Shown here: positions 8,971-18,722 of the stretch, piece after piece
Position numbering within the stretch: the first letter of the stretch is position 1
Layout of the letters: each line of letters opens with the position of its first letter
Assembly (NCBI GenBank): GCA_016928955.1
Contig: JAFGJV010000004.1
Coordinates: 1 to 64,000 of the forward strand
From: Spirochaetales bacterium
GTDB taxonomy: Bacteria > Spirochaetota > Spirochaetia > Treponematales > UBA12059
Reading direction: 5' to 3'
DNA: 64,000 nucleotides
Translations under genes and position numbers: made by a program
The notes under the pieces: model-generated
Databases searched by the model: none
The model's input: only the letters and a program-made list of their open reading frames with translations
What the model was told of the DNA's origin: nothing

Positions 8971-10436
8971 ACGTTGCCCCCCTGATACCGGTCGGCTAGT
9001 CGACGCCTCAGGCTGGCCAGCTTCCATTTAACCGTGCCCAGTGGCAAGCCAAGCAACACAGCTATGCGCGGGTAGGGCAGTTCTTCCGCGTAGGCTAGGT
9101 GCAATAGTTCCCGGTCCCTGTCCGACAGGCTATCCAGAAAACCCCTCACCATCATCCGGTCGCTTTCCGCCAATAATTCCTGCTCGGGCCCGGGCAGTTT
9201 TGAAGGCGTTTGGGCGATCAGCGTGTCGTGGCCGTCCTGGTGGTCCGAAAGCCGCGAACTCTCCCTCCTCCGGCGCCGGAGGATGTCTATGGCGCGGTTG
9301 CGTGCGACTCTGTACAACCAGGGACGGACATCGCCAACGGAACGCGGGCCTCCAGACCATAGGGCCGCCATGGCTTCCTGCAGCGCGTCTTCCGCGTCCT
9401 GGTAAGCCAGGCCTTTGAATGAGCGCAGATACAGAGCTATGCGCGGAGCCATGTCGTTGACCAGCGTTTGGATTGATGTTGCGCCCGATGAGGCGCCGTT
9501 GTCCTTGTCCATCACCTCATACAGCGTTGGAGAGTGGCTTGCGGTTGGCTGAATTGTTAAGGTTTTCATCACGTCCAACTCAGACGCTCGAGTAAGGGGC
9601 GGAACGATAGTCGCTCGGATGAACAAGTGGTCGGACGGGAGCCGTGCGCGCTGGTCCCTATTCACGGGGATGATGCCCTCTATGACGCCGCCGTTCAGCA
9701 CGTCTATGTCCGGCGTGCAGAAAATGTAGTCAAGCTGGGAAAAGCTTGGCTTGCGGCCGAAGTGGTAATGGGTGCGGCGTTCCGACACCGGTATCCCGAC
9801 CCTGTCCAACACGTCCCTGAGGGGCAGGTCGAGCAGGGGCTGGAATTCGAACTGGTGCTCGCCTCGTATGGCTATGCCGTTGAAATCTCCCATAACCACG
9901 CAGGACTCATGGCGTATCAGGGCGGACAGGCGCTTGACTTCGGAAAAGCGTTGCTCAAGGCCTAGGTCCCCGCCTCGCTGGGATTTCAGGTGGACCACGA
10001 ACACCCTGAGCGAGCGGTCCTGAAGCTCGATATCAAGCCTGAGCAGGTTGCGGGAAAAGTCCCCGGGCATGGATGCCGCCGTCACCCGGGCGAAGCGGCC
10101 TCGCTTTACGAGTGCCCCCACAAAGATGCCCCTGCGCGAGTTCGTCTCGTCTATGAAACAGTCATAGCGCCCGGCCAGGTAAAGACGGTTGAAATTCTCC
10201 AGGCTCTCGCGCCCGCCCACTTCGCACAGGCCAAGAAGATCAAAGTCGTGGTCGCGTATTATGCCGGCTATGTCGGCTACCTTTGACCGGGCCTTGTTCG
10301 GGTTGTATATGGACTGGTTCATGGCCTGGTAGTCGCGATCGCTCAGGGCATCCAGGCTTGACCTGTCGTGAGGGCCGTCAAGCAGAAGGTAGAAATTTTC
10401 CGCGTTGAATGACGCTATCCTGAGCGGGTGTTCCAC
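8967..10436 (-). CDS. Endonuclease/exonuclease/phosphatase (EEP) domain in frame with an ECF sigma-70 factor (the sigma may start internally at 9569 or 9512)
   Basis: EEP motifs ASFNAEN, LCEV, VHLKS, MGDFN, LDYIF, SDH, then sigma region 2 (DAEDALQE, WLYRVARNRAID) and region 4 (GLPLGTVK); no stop between them. Confidence 0.8.
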   Translation of the reverse strand: MEHPLRIASFNAENFYLLLDGPHDRSSLDALSDRDYQAMNQSIYNPNKARSKVADIAGIIRDHDFDLLGLCEVGGRESLENFNRLYLAGRYDCFIDETNSRRGIFVGALVKRGRFARVTAASMPGDFSRNLLRLDIELQDRSLRVFVVHLKSQRGGDLGLEQRFSEVKRLSALIRHESCVVMGDFNGIAIRGEHQFEFQPLLDLPLRDVLDRVGIPVSERRTHYHFGRKPSFSQLDYIFCTPDIDVLNGGVIEGIIPVNRDQRARLPSDHLFIRATIVPPLTRASELDVMKTLTIQPTASHSPTLYEVMDKDNGASSGATSIQTLVNDMAPRIALYLRSFKGLAYQDAEDALQEAMAALWSGGPRSVGDVRPWLYRVARNRAIDILRRRRRESSRLSDHQDGHDTLIAQTPSKLPGPEQELLAESDRMMVRGFLDSLSDRDRELLHLAYAEELPYPRIAVLLGLPLGTVKWKLASLRRRLADRYQGGNV

Positions 10437-10506
10437 CGCGCCAGTGTAGCCCGAACGGGTGCCCGGCGGAAAGCCCGCAGCGGATTTTCCCTGCCGCGCC
10501 GTCTCT

Positions 10507-10535
10507 TGCCGGCTCGCCCGGAAATGGGTATCCTA
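10507..10535 (+). promoter_or_regulatory. Sigma70-type promoter for the MFS gene
   Basis: TTGCCG-17 nt-TATCCT. Confidence 0.45.
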
Positions 10536-10672
10536 AGCACGCAGGCCGCAAGGGCGGGCTTTCCGTGGCCACGGTGCGGAAGCCCGCTGTCGCCCGAATA
10601 CAGGGGACCCCAGGGTGCCTCCATGATGAGGTTAACCTGCGCCAAACGCGTGCGGTCGTGCCGGAGCGTACC

Positions 10673-12016
10673 ATGAGTACCAGCCATAGCCCAGCGCAGA
10701 CGCGTTGGGCTCCCCGTTTTTTCCTTATCTGGACCGGCCAGGCTCTCTCCCTTTTTGGCTCATCGGTCGTGCAGTTCGCCTTGGTATGGTGGATGACCAG
10801 AACAACGGGGTCGGCCACCGCCCTTGCCGCGGCTACCATAGTCGCCATCCTGCCTCAGATTGTGCTCGGTCCCTTTATAGGCCCCCTGGTGGACCGGCTG
10901 GACCGCAAGCGCATCATGATTGTGGCCGACTCGGGCATAGCCCTTGCTACCGCCGGTCTCATGCTCCTGTTCTGGTTCGACGCCGTCCAGCTCTGGCACG
11001 TGTACGCGCTCATAGGGCTGCGGTCCCTTGGCGGGGCCTTCCACCATCCGGCCATGGCCTCGTCAACCAGCCTTCTTGTGCCGGAAGAGCACCTTACGCG
11101 GGTGGGCGGCCTCAACCAGACCCTGCAGGGTGTCATGGCGATTGTTGCCCCTCCGCTCGGCGCCCTTCTTGTCATGGTCGTTCCCACCCAGGGCATTCTG
11201 GCCATAGACGTTGTGACCGCCGCGCTGGCTGTCCTTCCCCTGTTCTTTGTCCACATACCCATGCCGGCACGGTCAGGCACCGAGGCGCGCGACGGGAAGG
11301 CTGGTTCAAGCTACGTCCAGGATCTCAAGCACGGACTTCAGTACATAGTCCGGTGGCCCGGGCTTTTCGGTCTCATAGCAGTGGCCATGCTGGTCAATTT
11401 CCTGTTGGTGCCCAGCTCGTCGCTCATGCCGCTTCTGGTAACCAAGTCGTTCGGGCGCAGCGCCTTGGAACTTGCCTGGACGGAAACGGCCATGGGTGTC
11501 GGCATCATAGCAGGCGGGCTGGCTTTGTCAGCCTGGGGCGGTTTCAAGCGACGCATCGTCACGTCCATCATGGGTATCGCTGGTCTCGGGCTCGGGGTTT
11601 TTCTGATTGGCGCCGCGCCGATGGACGGATTCTGGGTGGTGCTGGCTGGCTGCTTTGTGGTCGGGGCCATGCAATCGGCGGCCAACGGTCCTATTCACGC
11701 AATCCTACAATCCGCCGTCAGGCAGGACATGCAGGGAAGGGTGTTCTCGCTGGTGAACGCGGCCGCAACGGCCATGATGCCGCTCAGCCTTGTGCTTGCT
11801 GGTCCCCTGTCCGACTCTTTTGGGGTCAGGACCTGGTATCTGGCCGGCGGAGCCGTGTGCGTAGTGGTCGCTCTTCTGACCCTGGGCATACCGGCGATCA
11901 TGAATATAGAGGAAACCCGTACTGACCGCGCCGGGGAAGTACCTGCCCAACCGGGTTTGCTTGAGACCATGGAACCCGCGGTCCAGGGAACAGCCCAGAC
12001 GGCGCCCGCTGATTGA
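10673..12016 (+). CDS. MFS transporter (MefA/DHA3-like efflux family)
   Basis: FFLIWTGQALSLFGS, GPLVDRLDRKRIMIVAD motif A, about 12 TM segments, MQGRVFS. Confidence 0.9.
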   Translation: MSTSHSPAQTRWAPRFFLIWTGQALSLFGSSVVQFALVWWMTRTTGSATALAAATIVAILPQIVLGPFIGPLVDRLDRKRIMIVADSGIALATAGLMLLFWFDAVQLWHVYALIGLRSLGGAFHHPAMASSTSLLVPEEHLTRVGGLNQTLQGVMAIVAPPLGALLVMVVPTQGILAIDVVTAALAVLPLFFVHIPMPARSGTEARDGKAGSSYVQDLKHGLQYIVRWPGLFGLIAVAMLVNFLLVPSSSLMPLLVTKSFGRSALELAWTETAMGVGIIAGGLALSAWGGFKRRIVTSIMGIAGLGLGVFLIGAAPMDGFWVVLAGCFVVGAMQSAANGPIHAILQSAVRQDMQGRVFSLVNAAATAMMPLSLVLAGPLSDSFGVRTWYLAGGAVCVVVALLTLGIPAIMNIEETRTDRAGEVPAQPGLLETMEPAVQGTAQTAPAD

Positions 12017-12054
12017 TGCAAGCACGGGAGCCTGTGGTACTATCCGTACTGCGT

Positions 12055-12176
12055 GCTCCCATTAGGCAACCTCAAATAACCCCATGGTTATTTGAGGTTG
12101 CCTGCGTTTTCGGCAGAAAACGCAGGGTTTCTAAGGTAACCCTCTAAAAACTGATGTTTTTAGAGGCTCCCATTAG
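12055..12176. repeat. Cluster of three abutting REP-like palindromes (BIME-like)
   Basis: 18-bp stem 12064-12103; CCTGCGTTTTC-GGCA-GAAAACGCAGG 12101-12126; CCTCTAAAAAC-TGAT-GTTTTTAGAGG 12141-12166; flanking CTCCCATTAG twice. Confidence 0.85.
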
Positions 12177-12418
12177 ACGGTTTTTTTCCGCGATAAACCG
12201 CGTTTTTTAAGCTAATCGAATTATTCCCGATAAACTTGTGGTAATTATTCAAAATGTGTTATAGTTCTAGCATCCACCCCGGAAACGAGGCGCGCCATGC
12301 GTCCGTGCCGGGAGGATGGCAGCAGTTCCGCTCGCACCGCACGGCGCACGCGGAGGCCGCCCAGCCACACGGCCTGGCAGCTGCCACATCGTTCCTAACC
12401 AAATGGAGAAATGACGCC

Positions 12419-14011
12419 ATGTACAGAGTAACGCGCATCGCTAGGGTTCTTTCCTGGTTCGCCGCGCTCGCGACTATCGCCGTCGTGCTGGCCTCGTGCG
12501 CCAGCCTTCCGCTTCCGGCGGATCTGCAGCGCGAGGAAGGCTACTATTACGGCACGGGCACGGGAGCCAGCCAGGAGGAAGCGACGGCAGAGGCCAAACG
12601 AACGCTCATACAGCTGGCCATCATAGAATCGCGGGAGAGCGCCGGCATCCGGTCAAAAATTGTCGTCAGCGAGGAAGTGGCCGACTCCTTTGCGCCGGCC
12701 GGTATCAAGCCGGTGGCCCAGGGCGAGGACGGAGGAACCTGGACGGTGGTCTGTCGCGTCAAGCGCAGCGACTGGGATGCGTTCCAGGCAAAGCGCATGG
12801 ACGCTGCCCGCGCCGAGATCCTGCCGATGCTGCCCGAGCTTGCCCCGGACGGCGGCATGAGCCTGGGAGACAGGCTCGGCAAGTCGGCGGCCATCATCGA
12901 CCGCCTCTACCGGGAAGCTCTTGCAGACATCCTGACCGAGGGCAAGGACGGCACTCCCCTGGTAGCGCGGACCCTGGAATCATCAATGTCCACGCAACTG
13001 GCCGCGGTCAGCGTGAGCATGGACACGCCGCAGGGTTTTGTGGACAACGACACCGAGTTCAAAGGCACGGTCCATGCGGACGGCGATACCGGTCCCGTGC
13101 CCATACTGGCCCGCTGGAGCGTGCGCGGAGCGGAGCCCGTAGACAACGTGGTCACCAGCTCCAAGGACGGAAGCTTTGAGCTCAGCTTCCCCGCCGATCC
13201 GGCTTTCCACAACCACGCCGTGACCCTGGAGCTTGCCACGGCGTTTTCCGCGGACGTGTACGGCTCGGACGCCCTGCGCAAGGCCGACGAGGGCACGAGC
13301 GTCGCCTTTGTGTACCAGCACTTTGACGACCTTGCCGGGTACTTTGGCAACGAAGTCCTGGTACCGGGCGGCACCTACGCCATAGGGGCGGTGGCCAGGG
13401 ACACAAGAGCCGCACGCAAGGAAGCCGCCCGCAGTGCAACCGTCAAGGATTTCTTCATGGACAGGCAGCTGGTGACCAACGCCCTGTATGCCATGTTCCT
13501 GGCGGACACGGGTTCCGAAAGCTTCCCGGAGTACTGGGATAACCCCGACTACAACCAAGACGATCAGCCTGTGATCGGAGTCAGCTACCAGGACGCCGTG
13601 GCCTTTGCGGCTTGGCTGTCTGGAAAGCTGGGCGTCGTCAAGCGCCTTCCGACAGAAGCCGAGTGGGAGGTGGCGGCCAGGGGAGGCAAGGACGTGATCT
13701 ATCCCTGGGGCGACCAGGCCCCCGACGAGGGAGCGTACGCCAATTACGCTGGCGACGACGGTTTCCCGGCCACGTCGCCCGTGGGCAGCTTTGCGGACGG
13801 ACTGAACGCGCTGGGCATAGCGGACATGGCCGGCAACGTGTGGCAGTGGACCAGCACTCCCCGCGACGCGGCGTCATCCAACATGATCATCAAGGGCGGT
13901 TCCTGGATGGACGGGCCGCTGGAGTTGCGAATATCGAACCGCCGGGACGTGAACCCATCCAGAGGATATGTGGACGTGGGCATACGCCTGGTCAGGGAGG
14001 TGTCTGAATGA
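12419..14011 (+). CDS. Lipoprotein with C-terminal FGE-sulfatase (SUMF1/C-type lectin fold) domain
   Basis: Lipobox VLASC; PVIGVSYQDA, RLPTEAEWEVAARGG, DMAGNVWQW, KGGSW, GIRLV. Confidence 0.85.
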   Translation: MYRVTRIARVLSWFAALATIAVVLASCASLPLPADLQREEGYYYGTGTGASQEEATAEAKRTLIQLAIIESRESAGIRSKIVVSEEVADSFAPAGIKPVAQGEDGGTWTVVCRVKRSDWDAFQAKRMDAARAEILPMLPELAPDGGMSLGDRLGKSAAIIDRLYREALADILTEGKDGTPLVARTLESSMSTQLAAVSVSMDTPQGFVDNDTEFKGTVHADGDTGPVPILARWSVRGAEPVDNVVTSSKDGSFELSFPADPAFHNHAVTLELATAFSADVYGSDALRKADEGTSVAFVYQHFDDLAGYFGNEVLVPGGTYAIGAVARDTRAARKEAARSATVKDFFMDRQLVTNALYAMFLADTGSESFPEYWDNPDYNQDDQPVIGVSYQDAVAFAAWLSGKLGVVKRLPTEAEWEVAARGGKDVIYPWGDQAPDEGAYANYAGDDGFPATSPVGSFADGLNALGIADMAGNVWQWTSTPRDAASSNMIIKGGSWMDGPLELRISNRRDVNPSRGYVDVGIRLVREVSE

Positions 14012-15465
14012 AACGCTTACTGATGGTACTGTCGGCCGTGGGCCTCATAGCGTCCATGTCCGCTTGCGTGTCCACCGGAGCGCCGGCTGGAGCCAGCGCG
14101 GACGAGAAGGCCGTGGCCAAGGGCGTCAAGGCCTGGAACGACCGCAATCCGCAGGCAGCCAAGGCGCCGTGGAGCGGGATAGACGACAAGGCGCTCAAGG
14201 ACAAGTATCTAGGCTATCTGTCGGCGTACGAGTCCGGAGCCAAGACGCTTGAGGACGCTCTCCTGTTCAAGGAAACCGAGACCGCAAAGATATCGGCGTC
14301 GTACGACAAGGCGTACGGCTACCTGTCAAAACTGCCAAAAGACCTGGAAATACCGCGCAAGGACAAGGACCGGGCCCTGGCCATGGCCGAGACGAGGGTG
14401 CGCACGCACATGGCGTCAGGCAACATGAGCGCGGCCAAGACATCAGCGGACGGCGCCCGGAAGCTCTTTGGGGATTCGGCCGCCCTGGCCGCCCTGGTCA
14501 AGGAGATAGACCTGGTGCTGGCCTCCAGGAAACGCGAGGCCGAAGCGGACTCAGCGCTGGACAAGGGCAGGGCCACCGAGGACTTTGACGGGCGCATAGC
14601 CCTGTTCGATGCGGCTATCAAGGACTACGGCAAGGCCGAGTCGACGCTGTCGTCCGACGCGTCCAAGCTTGGGCTCGGGAAGAGCCCCTACGTGGCCGCC
14701 GAGAATTCGCGCCTCAAGAAGAAGCGCCAGGACGCCACCATAGAGCGTGAGCGCCTCTTGCGCGAGCGCGCGTATTATTACAAGGACCGCGCCGGCGAGG
14801 AGTTCGCGCGCGCCCCGGTGGGCAAGAAGCCGGGCACCTTGACGCTTGAGGAACTCCTTGCGCACCATGAGACCGTCAAGGCCAACATATCCAAGGTGTA
14901 CGACGAGATGAAGGCCTTCTCGGCCAAGTATCCAGGAGCCATAGACGAAGACGCGATGGCAGAGCTGGAGGCGTACAAGAGGGACCTGGACGCCAACATC
15001 GCCAAGGTGGTCGCCGAAATAAAGACGGCCAAAGAGATAGCCAGCCGCGGCAAGGTGGTCATGCCCGTTATGATAGGCCTGTTCAATCCCGAGCCGGGCA
15101 GCACGGAAGAGGCCAAGAAGAGCCGGCCGGCATTGTTCAGCGCGACCGGCGTTACCAAGAACGACTACTGGTGGGGCATGGTGTCCATACCTCGAGGCGT
15201 GATGAACGACCTCGTGATCACGGTGTCTGACGGCCGGACGGTCAGGGTGTTCCCGGCCAACACCGTGTCGGGCTCGCTGATTGCCAAGAACAAAATCCCA
15301 GACCTGGTGAACCGGGGCTACAAGGTGGGCAATTCATGGCCGGTGCTGAACGCAGGCAGCCAGCTGCCCACGGACAAATATTTCTTCGAGATCCAGCCCG
15401 GAAAGACCGGCGACTACTCAGGTGAGGTCGTCGTGTACAGCTCCTTCATAACGAGGTCCCGCTGA
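14008..15465 (+). CDS. Hypothetical lipoprotein (helical N-terminus, beta-rich C-terminus)
   Basis: Lipobox MSAC; ATGA overlap; host-like codon usage. Confidence 0.75.
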   Translation: MKRLLMVLSAVGLIASMSACVSTGAPAGASADEKAVAKGVKAWNDRNPQAAKAPWSGIDDKALKDKYLGYLSAYESGAKTLEDALLFKETETAKISASYDKAYGYLSKLPKDLEIPRKDKDRALAMAETRVRTHMASGNMSAAKTSADGARKLFGDSAALAALVKEIDLVLASRKREAEADSALDKGRATEDFDGRIALFDAAIKDYGKAESTLSSDASKLGLGKSPYVAAENSRLKKKRQDATIERERLLRERAYYYKDRAGEEFARAPVGKKPGTLTLEELLAHHETVKANISKVYDEMKAFSAKYPGAIDEDAMAELEAYKRDLDANIAKVVAEIKTAKEIASRGKVVMPVMIGLFNPEPGSTEEAKKSRPALFSATGVTKNDYWWGMVSIPRGVMNDLVITVSDGRTVRVFPANTVSGSLIAKNKIPDLVNRGYKVGNSWPVLNAGSQLPTDKYFFEIQPGKTGDYSGEVVVYSSFITRSR

Positions 15466-17054
15466 TGACGAACGCGAAAAAAACCACGCTGATCATAGCC
15501 CTTGGCCTGCTCTTTATAGCGGTCCTGGTCGGCGTCTTCCTGTTGTGGAAGCCCCAGCCCAAGGGCATTACGGTGGCGGTGTCCAACCTGCCGGACTCGC
15601 TCAACCCGGTCCTTGCCCAGAACACGTCGGGCATGAACGCTGCCGAGCTCGTGTTCGACGGCCTGGTGAACTTCGAGGTCGACTCGCAGAGCCGCAAGCT
15701 CTATCCCGAGCTTGCCCTGGCCGAGAGCATCGAACAGGATCCGGTCACCAAGAAGACGTACACGGTGCTTTTAAGGCAGGTGTTCTGGCACGACGGCACG
15801 GAGTTCAGCGCGGAGGACGTGGTGTACTCGTTCAACGCGTACATGGATCCCAAGAACGACTCGCCCAGCCGCGACTACCTGTCGTCGTTCATTGAGAGCA
15901 TCGAGGCGGTTGACGAACACACCGTTACCATCGAGTTCCACAAGCCCCTTCCGCCGTTCCGCGTGTATCCGGTGCTCACGTTCAAGATCATCCCGGCCCG
16001 GTACCGCGGGACGTCTATGTCCACGGACCTGCGCTCGGGTGAGAATGAGCGCAACTTCGCCGTTGAGCCCGTGGGCACGGGTCCGTACCGACTGACCGGC
16101 TGGGAGATAGGCAAATGGGTGAGCTTCCAGGCCAACGGCACGTATTTCAGGGCCATTCCGCCCATAGAGACCCTGCTCATGAAGAAGGTGATCGACCCGA
16201 TCATCCGCATGAACGAGCTCAGGCGCGGCCGCGTCAACCTGATCCTGGAAACGTCGCCCATGGACCGGCCCAAGGTTGAGAAGATGACCAACGTGGACAT
16301 CAACTCATTCCTGCCGTACGCCTTCTACCAGGTGTGCGTGAACACCAAGCTCTTCCCCGACGCCTCCGCCCGTGCAGCCATGTCCATGGCCGTTGACCGT
16401 GCCGCCCTGGTGCCCGGCATCACCGACCGTGACGAGGGCATAGTCAGGGGTACCAGCGTTTTCCCGGCCGACCTGTTCACCAGCAACATTCCAGAGTACG
16501 TGAACAGCCCCGTACCGGACCTTTTGCCCGAGAACCTGGAACAGGCCAAAACCCTTGCGGCCAGCTCGGGACTGGACGGCCAGACGGCCATTCTCCTGTA
16601 TCCCGACTCGCTCGGCGAATTCGGCACGGCGCTGGCCAAGTCCCTGGTCGAGCAGCTCGGGCGGATTGGCCTCAAGGTGGAGGCCAAACGCACGGGCGAC
16701 CAGGTGTTCAAACGCCTAGTGTTCGCCGAAAAGAACTACGAGCTCGCCTTGGTGTACAGCGAGGGCTTTGACAATCTGTACTCCAGCATAGGCAGGCAGT
16801 TCAGGTCCGAAGGAGCGGAGAACGTGACCGGCGTGGCCGACCCGGAGCTGGACGCGCTCTTTGACGAGTGGGAAAAGGCCGTGGTCACGGCCGACTGGGT
16901 GGACCTTACCCTGCGCATCAACCAGAAGATGGCTGAGCTGGCTCCCTCGGTGTTCCTGTTCAAGCTCCAGAAGGATGTGTATTCGCGCGGGCTCAAAGGC
17001 GTGGTCATTGCCACGGACAATCCCTTCCTGTCCGCTGAAGAGTGGTCCCTGTAG
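15465..17054 (+). CDS. ABC transporter substrate-binding protein, family 5 (Opp/Dpp-like)
   Basis: PDSLNP, VFDGLV, PELALAES, FWHDGTEFSAEDVVYS, PVGTGPY. Confidence 0.9.
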   Translation: MTNAKKTTLIIALGLLFIAVLVGVFLLWKPQPKGITVAVSNLPDSLNPVLAQNTSGMNAAELVFDGLVNFEVDSQSRKLYPELALAESIEQDPVTKKTYTVLLRQVFWHDGTEFSAEDVVYSFNAYMDPKNDSPSRDYLSSFIESIEAVDEHTVTIEFHKPLPPFRVYPVLTFKIIPARYRGTSMSTDLRSGENERNFAVEPVGTGPYRLTGWEIGKWVSFQANGTYFRAIPPIETLLMKKVIDPIIRMNELRRGRVNLILETSPMDRPKVEKMTNVDINSFLPYAFYQVCVNTKLFPDASARAAMSMAVDRAALVPGITDRDEGIVRGTSVFPADLFTSNIPEYVNSPVPDLLPENLEQAKTLAASSGLDGQTAILLYPDSLGEFGTALAKSLVEQLGRIGLKVEAKRTGDQVFKRLVFAEKNYELALVYSEGFDNLYSSIGRQFRSEGAENVTGVADPELDALFDEWEKAVVTADWVDLTLRINQKMAELAPSVFLFKLQKDVYSRGLKGVVIATDNPFLSAEEWSL

Positions 17055-17062
17055 GAGGGGCG

Positions 17063-17947
17063 ATGAGATTCCTGCGTTTTCTGACACGCGAATTCCTCAT
17101 CCACGGCGTGGTATTCGCCGTGGTGGGGACTGTCGCCTTGGCGCTGTTGTACCTTTTGTCCATCGGCGCGCCGCCTGAGAATTACCTGGAGGCCGGAAAG
17201 TCTTTCCTGCTCCTCATGACGGGGGCCCAGGATTTCTCGGCGGCGCATCCCGGTTTCAGCGCCGGAAGGATCATAGCCAGCGGGGCGGCAATCACGCTGC
17301 CCCTTGCCCTGGCGTCGCTCCTCATACTCACACTGATCGCCGTGTGCGGGGCGTCGTTCGCCACCACGTCCCGCTACCTGGCAGTTCGTCACAACCAGAA
17401 GGGCGGCCTGGGTTCCAGCCGGGCGCTCGGCGCCATGCTTGGCGCCCTGGCCGCCGTGCCCTTGTTTGTGGGCTTTTGGGTGCTGGCCAACGGCTTTGGG
17501 AGCGAGGCTCCCTTCCCCCTGATAGCCCTTGCCACGGTGGTGATGGGCGGGCTGGGCTGGGACGCTCTGTCCTTCCTGCGCGCCGACATGGAACGCCAGC
17601 TGGGTACCACGTACGCCGAGGTGTTCAGCACCCTCGGCGCGCCGCTAGGACGCGTCCTGCCCCTTCCCGGAACCCTGTCCGGCTACCTGTTCTCGTCGAG
17701 CCTGCCCGGGTTCATACCCTATCTGGCGGGCAAGGTGCCGGCCATCATAGGCGCGGTGACCATAGCGGAAATCGTGTTCTCCTTCCCTGGCCTCGGGAGC
17801 ACGCTCCTGGACGCCCTCCTCAACATGAACACTGATCTGCTTCTGGCCTCGGTATTCATCCTCTTGTGCGTGAACGCCGTGGTGGCGTTTATCGTCAAGT
17901 CCATCCTGTTCCTGGTATATCCGAGGTGGTATGAAAAAGCCGTATAG
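17063..17947 (+). CDS. ABC transporter permease (OppB-like)
   Basis: Multi-TM; AEIVFSFPGLG motif; RBS GGAGG. Confidence 0.8.
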   Translation: MRFLRFLTREFLIHGVVFAVVGTVALALLYLLSIGAPPENYLEAGKSFLLLMTGAQDFSAAHPGFSAGRIIASGAAITLPLALASLLILTLIAVCGASFATTSRYLAVRHNQKGGLGSSRALGAMLGALAAVPLFVGFWVLANGFGSEAPFPLIALATVVMGGLGWDALSFLRADMERQLGTTYAEVFSTLGAPLGRVLPLPGTLSGYLFSSSLPGFIPYLAGKVPAIIGAVTIAEIVFSFPGLGSTLLDALLNMNTDLLLASVFILLCVNAVVAFIVKSILFLVYPRWYEKAV

Positions 17948-18722
17948 GATCCTGTTCTGGCTGCTCGTGGCGGTCCTTCTGGGGCCGCTGGTGGCGGCCT
18001 GGCTGCCCGCGGGTAGCCTGCCGGGCTTTCTGCCTGTGGACTATCAGTCGTCCCTGCTCACGGCATTCAGGCAGCTGTCCATCACGCTGGCGGCCACGCT
18101 GGTGGTGTCGACGCTCATATCCCTGATCCTGGGATACGTCAGCGTGCTGTCCATGCGCCTGGGCCGCTTCCTGTCCAGCGTGCTCAAGGCTGTGGAGTCC
18201 GTGCCGTCTATACTCATAGCCCTGTTCTGCTACGCGCCGGTGGCGGTGTACCTGGCCAAACAGGCGTCCCAGGTGTCTGAGTTGGCGTCTCTGGCGGTAT
18301 TCATATTCGCCGCTACGCTGACCGTCCTGCCGGAATCAGTGCGCGGCCTGGCCATACCCCTGGGCGACCTGTACCACCGCAAGTACAGCCTATCGTTCCG
18401 TTCCTATGGCTTCAGCAAGGCCCATATACTCTCGGTGCTGATGAAGACGGACACCATGCTGGCGGCCGTGCGTCACGCAGCGGCCGGCATCCTCCTCAAG
18501 ACGCTGGTGCTGGACTGCTCTTTCGGTTTCGTGATCCAGCTTGGCTTTGGTAGTTACGGCACGCCGGCGCACCATAGCCCGGGCGCCCTCATAGCGGCCA
18601 ACCGGGACGCCTTGTTCGAGGGCGGTAATCCGCTGCTGTTCTGGATACCGTCGCTGGTCCTCGCCACGACGAGCATAGCCTTCCTCCTGGTCCTGGGCCA
18701 GAAAAAGGACGCACGATCATGA
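17931..18722 (+). CDS. ABC transporter permease (OppC-like)
   Basis: Multi-TM; ESVPSIL; follows the OppB-like gene. Confidence 0.75.
   Translation: MKKPYRILFWLLVAVLLGPLVAAWLPAGSLPGFLPVDYQSSLLTAFRQLSITLAATLVVSTLISLILGYVSVLSMRLGRFLSSVLKAVESVPSILIALFCYAPVAVYLAKQASQVSELASLAVFIFAATLTVLPESVRGLAIPLGDLYHRKYSLSFRSYGFSKAHILSVLMKTDTMLAAVRHAAAGILLKTLVLDCSFGFVIQLGFGSYGTPAHHSPGALIAANRDALFEGGNPLLFWIPSLVLATTSIAFLLVLGQKKDARS

Noticed and set aside
12055..12176. Palindrome clusters as a CRISPR array
   Set aside because: No regularly spaced direct repeats with unique spacers, and no cas genes
12266..12400. Structured 5' leader as a c-di-GMP riboswitch
   Set aside because: Only GAAA and a TGGCAGC/GCTGCCA pair; consensus GCAAA motifs are absent
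13350..14011. FGE-sulfatase domain as a diversity-generating retroelement target
   Set aside because: No reverse transcriptase, avd or template repeat seen in the window
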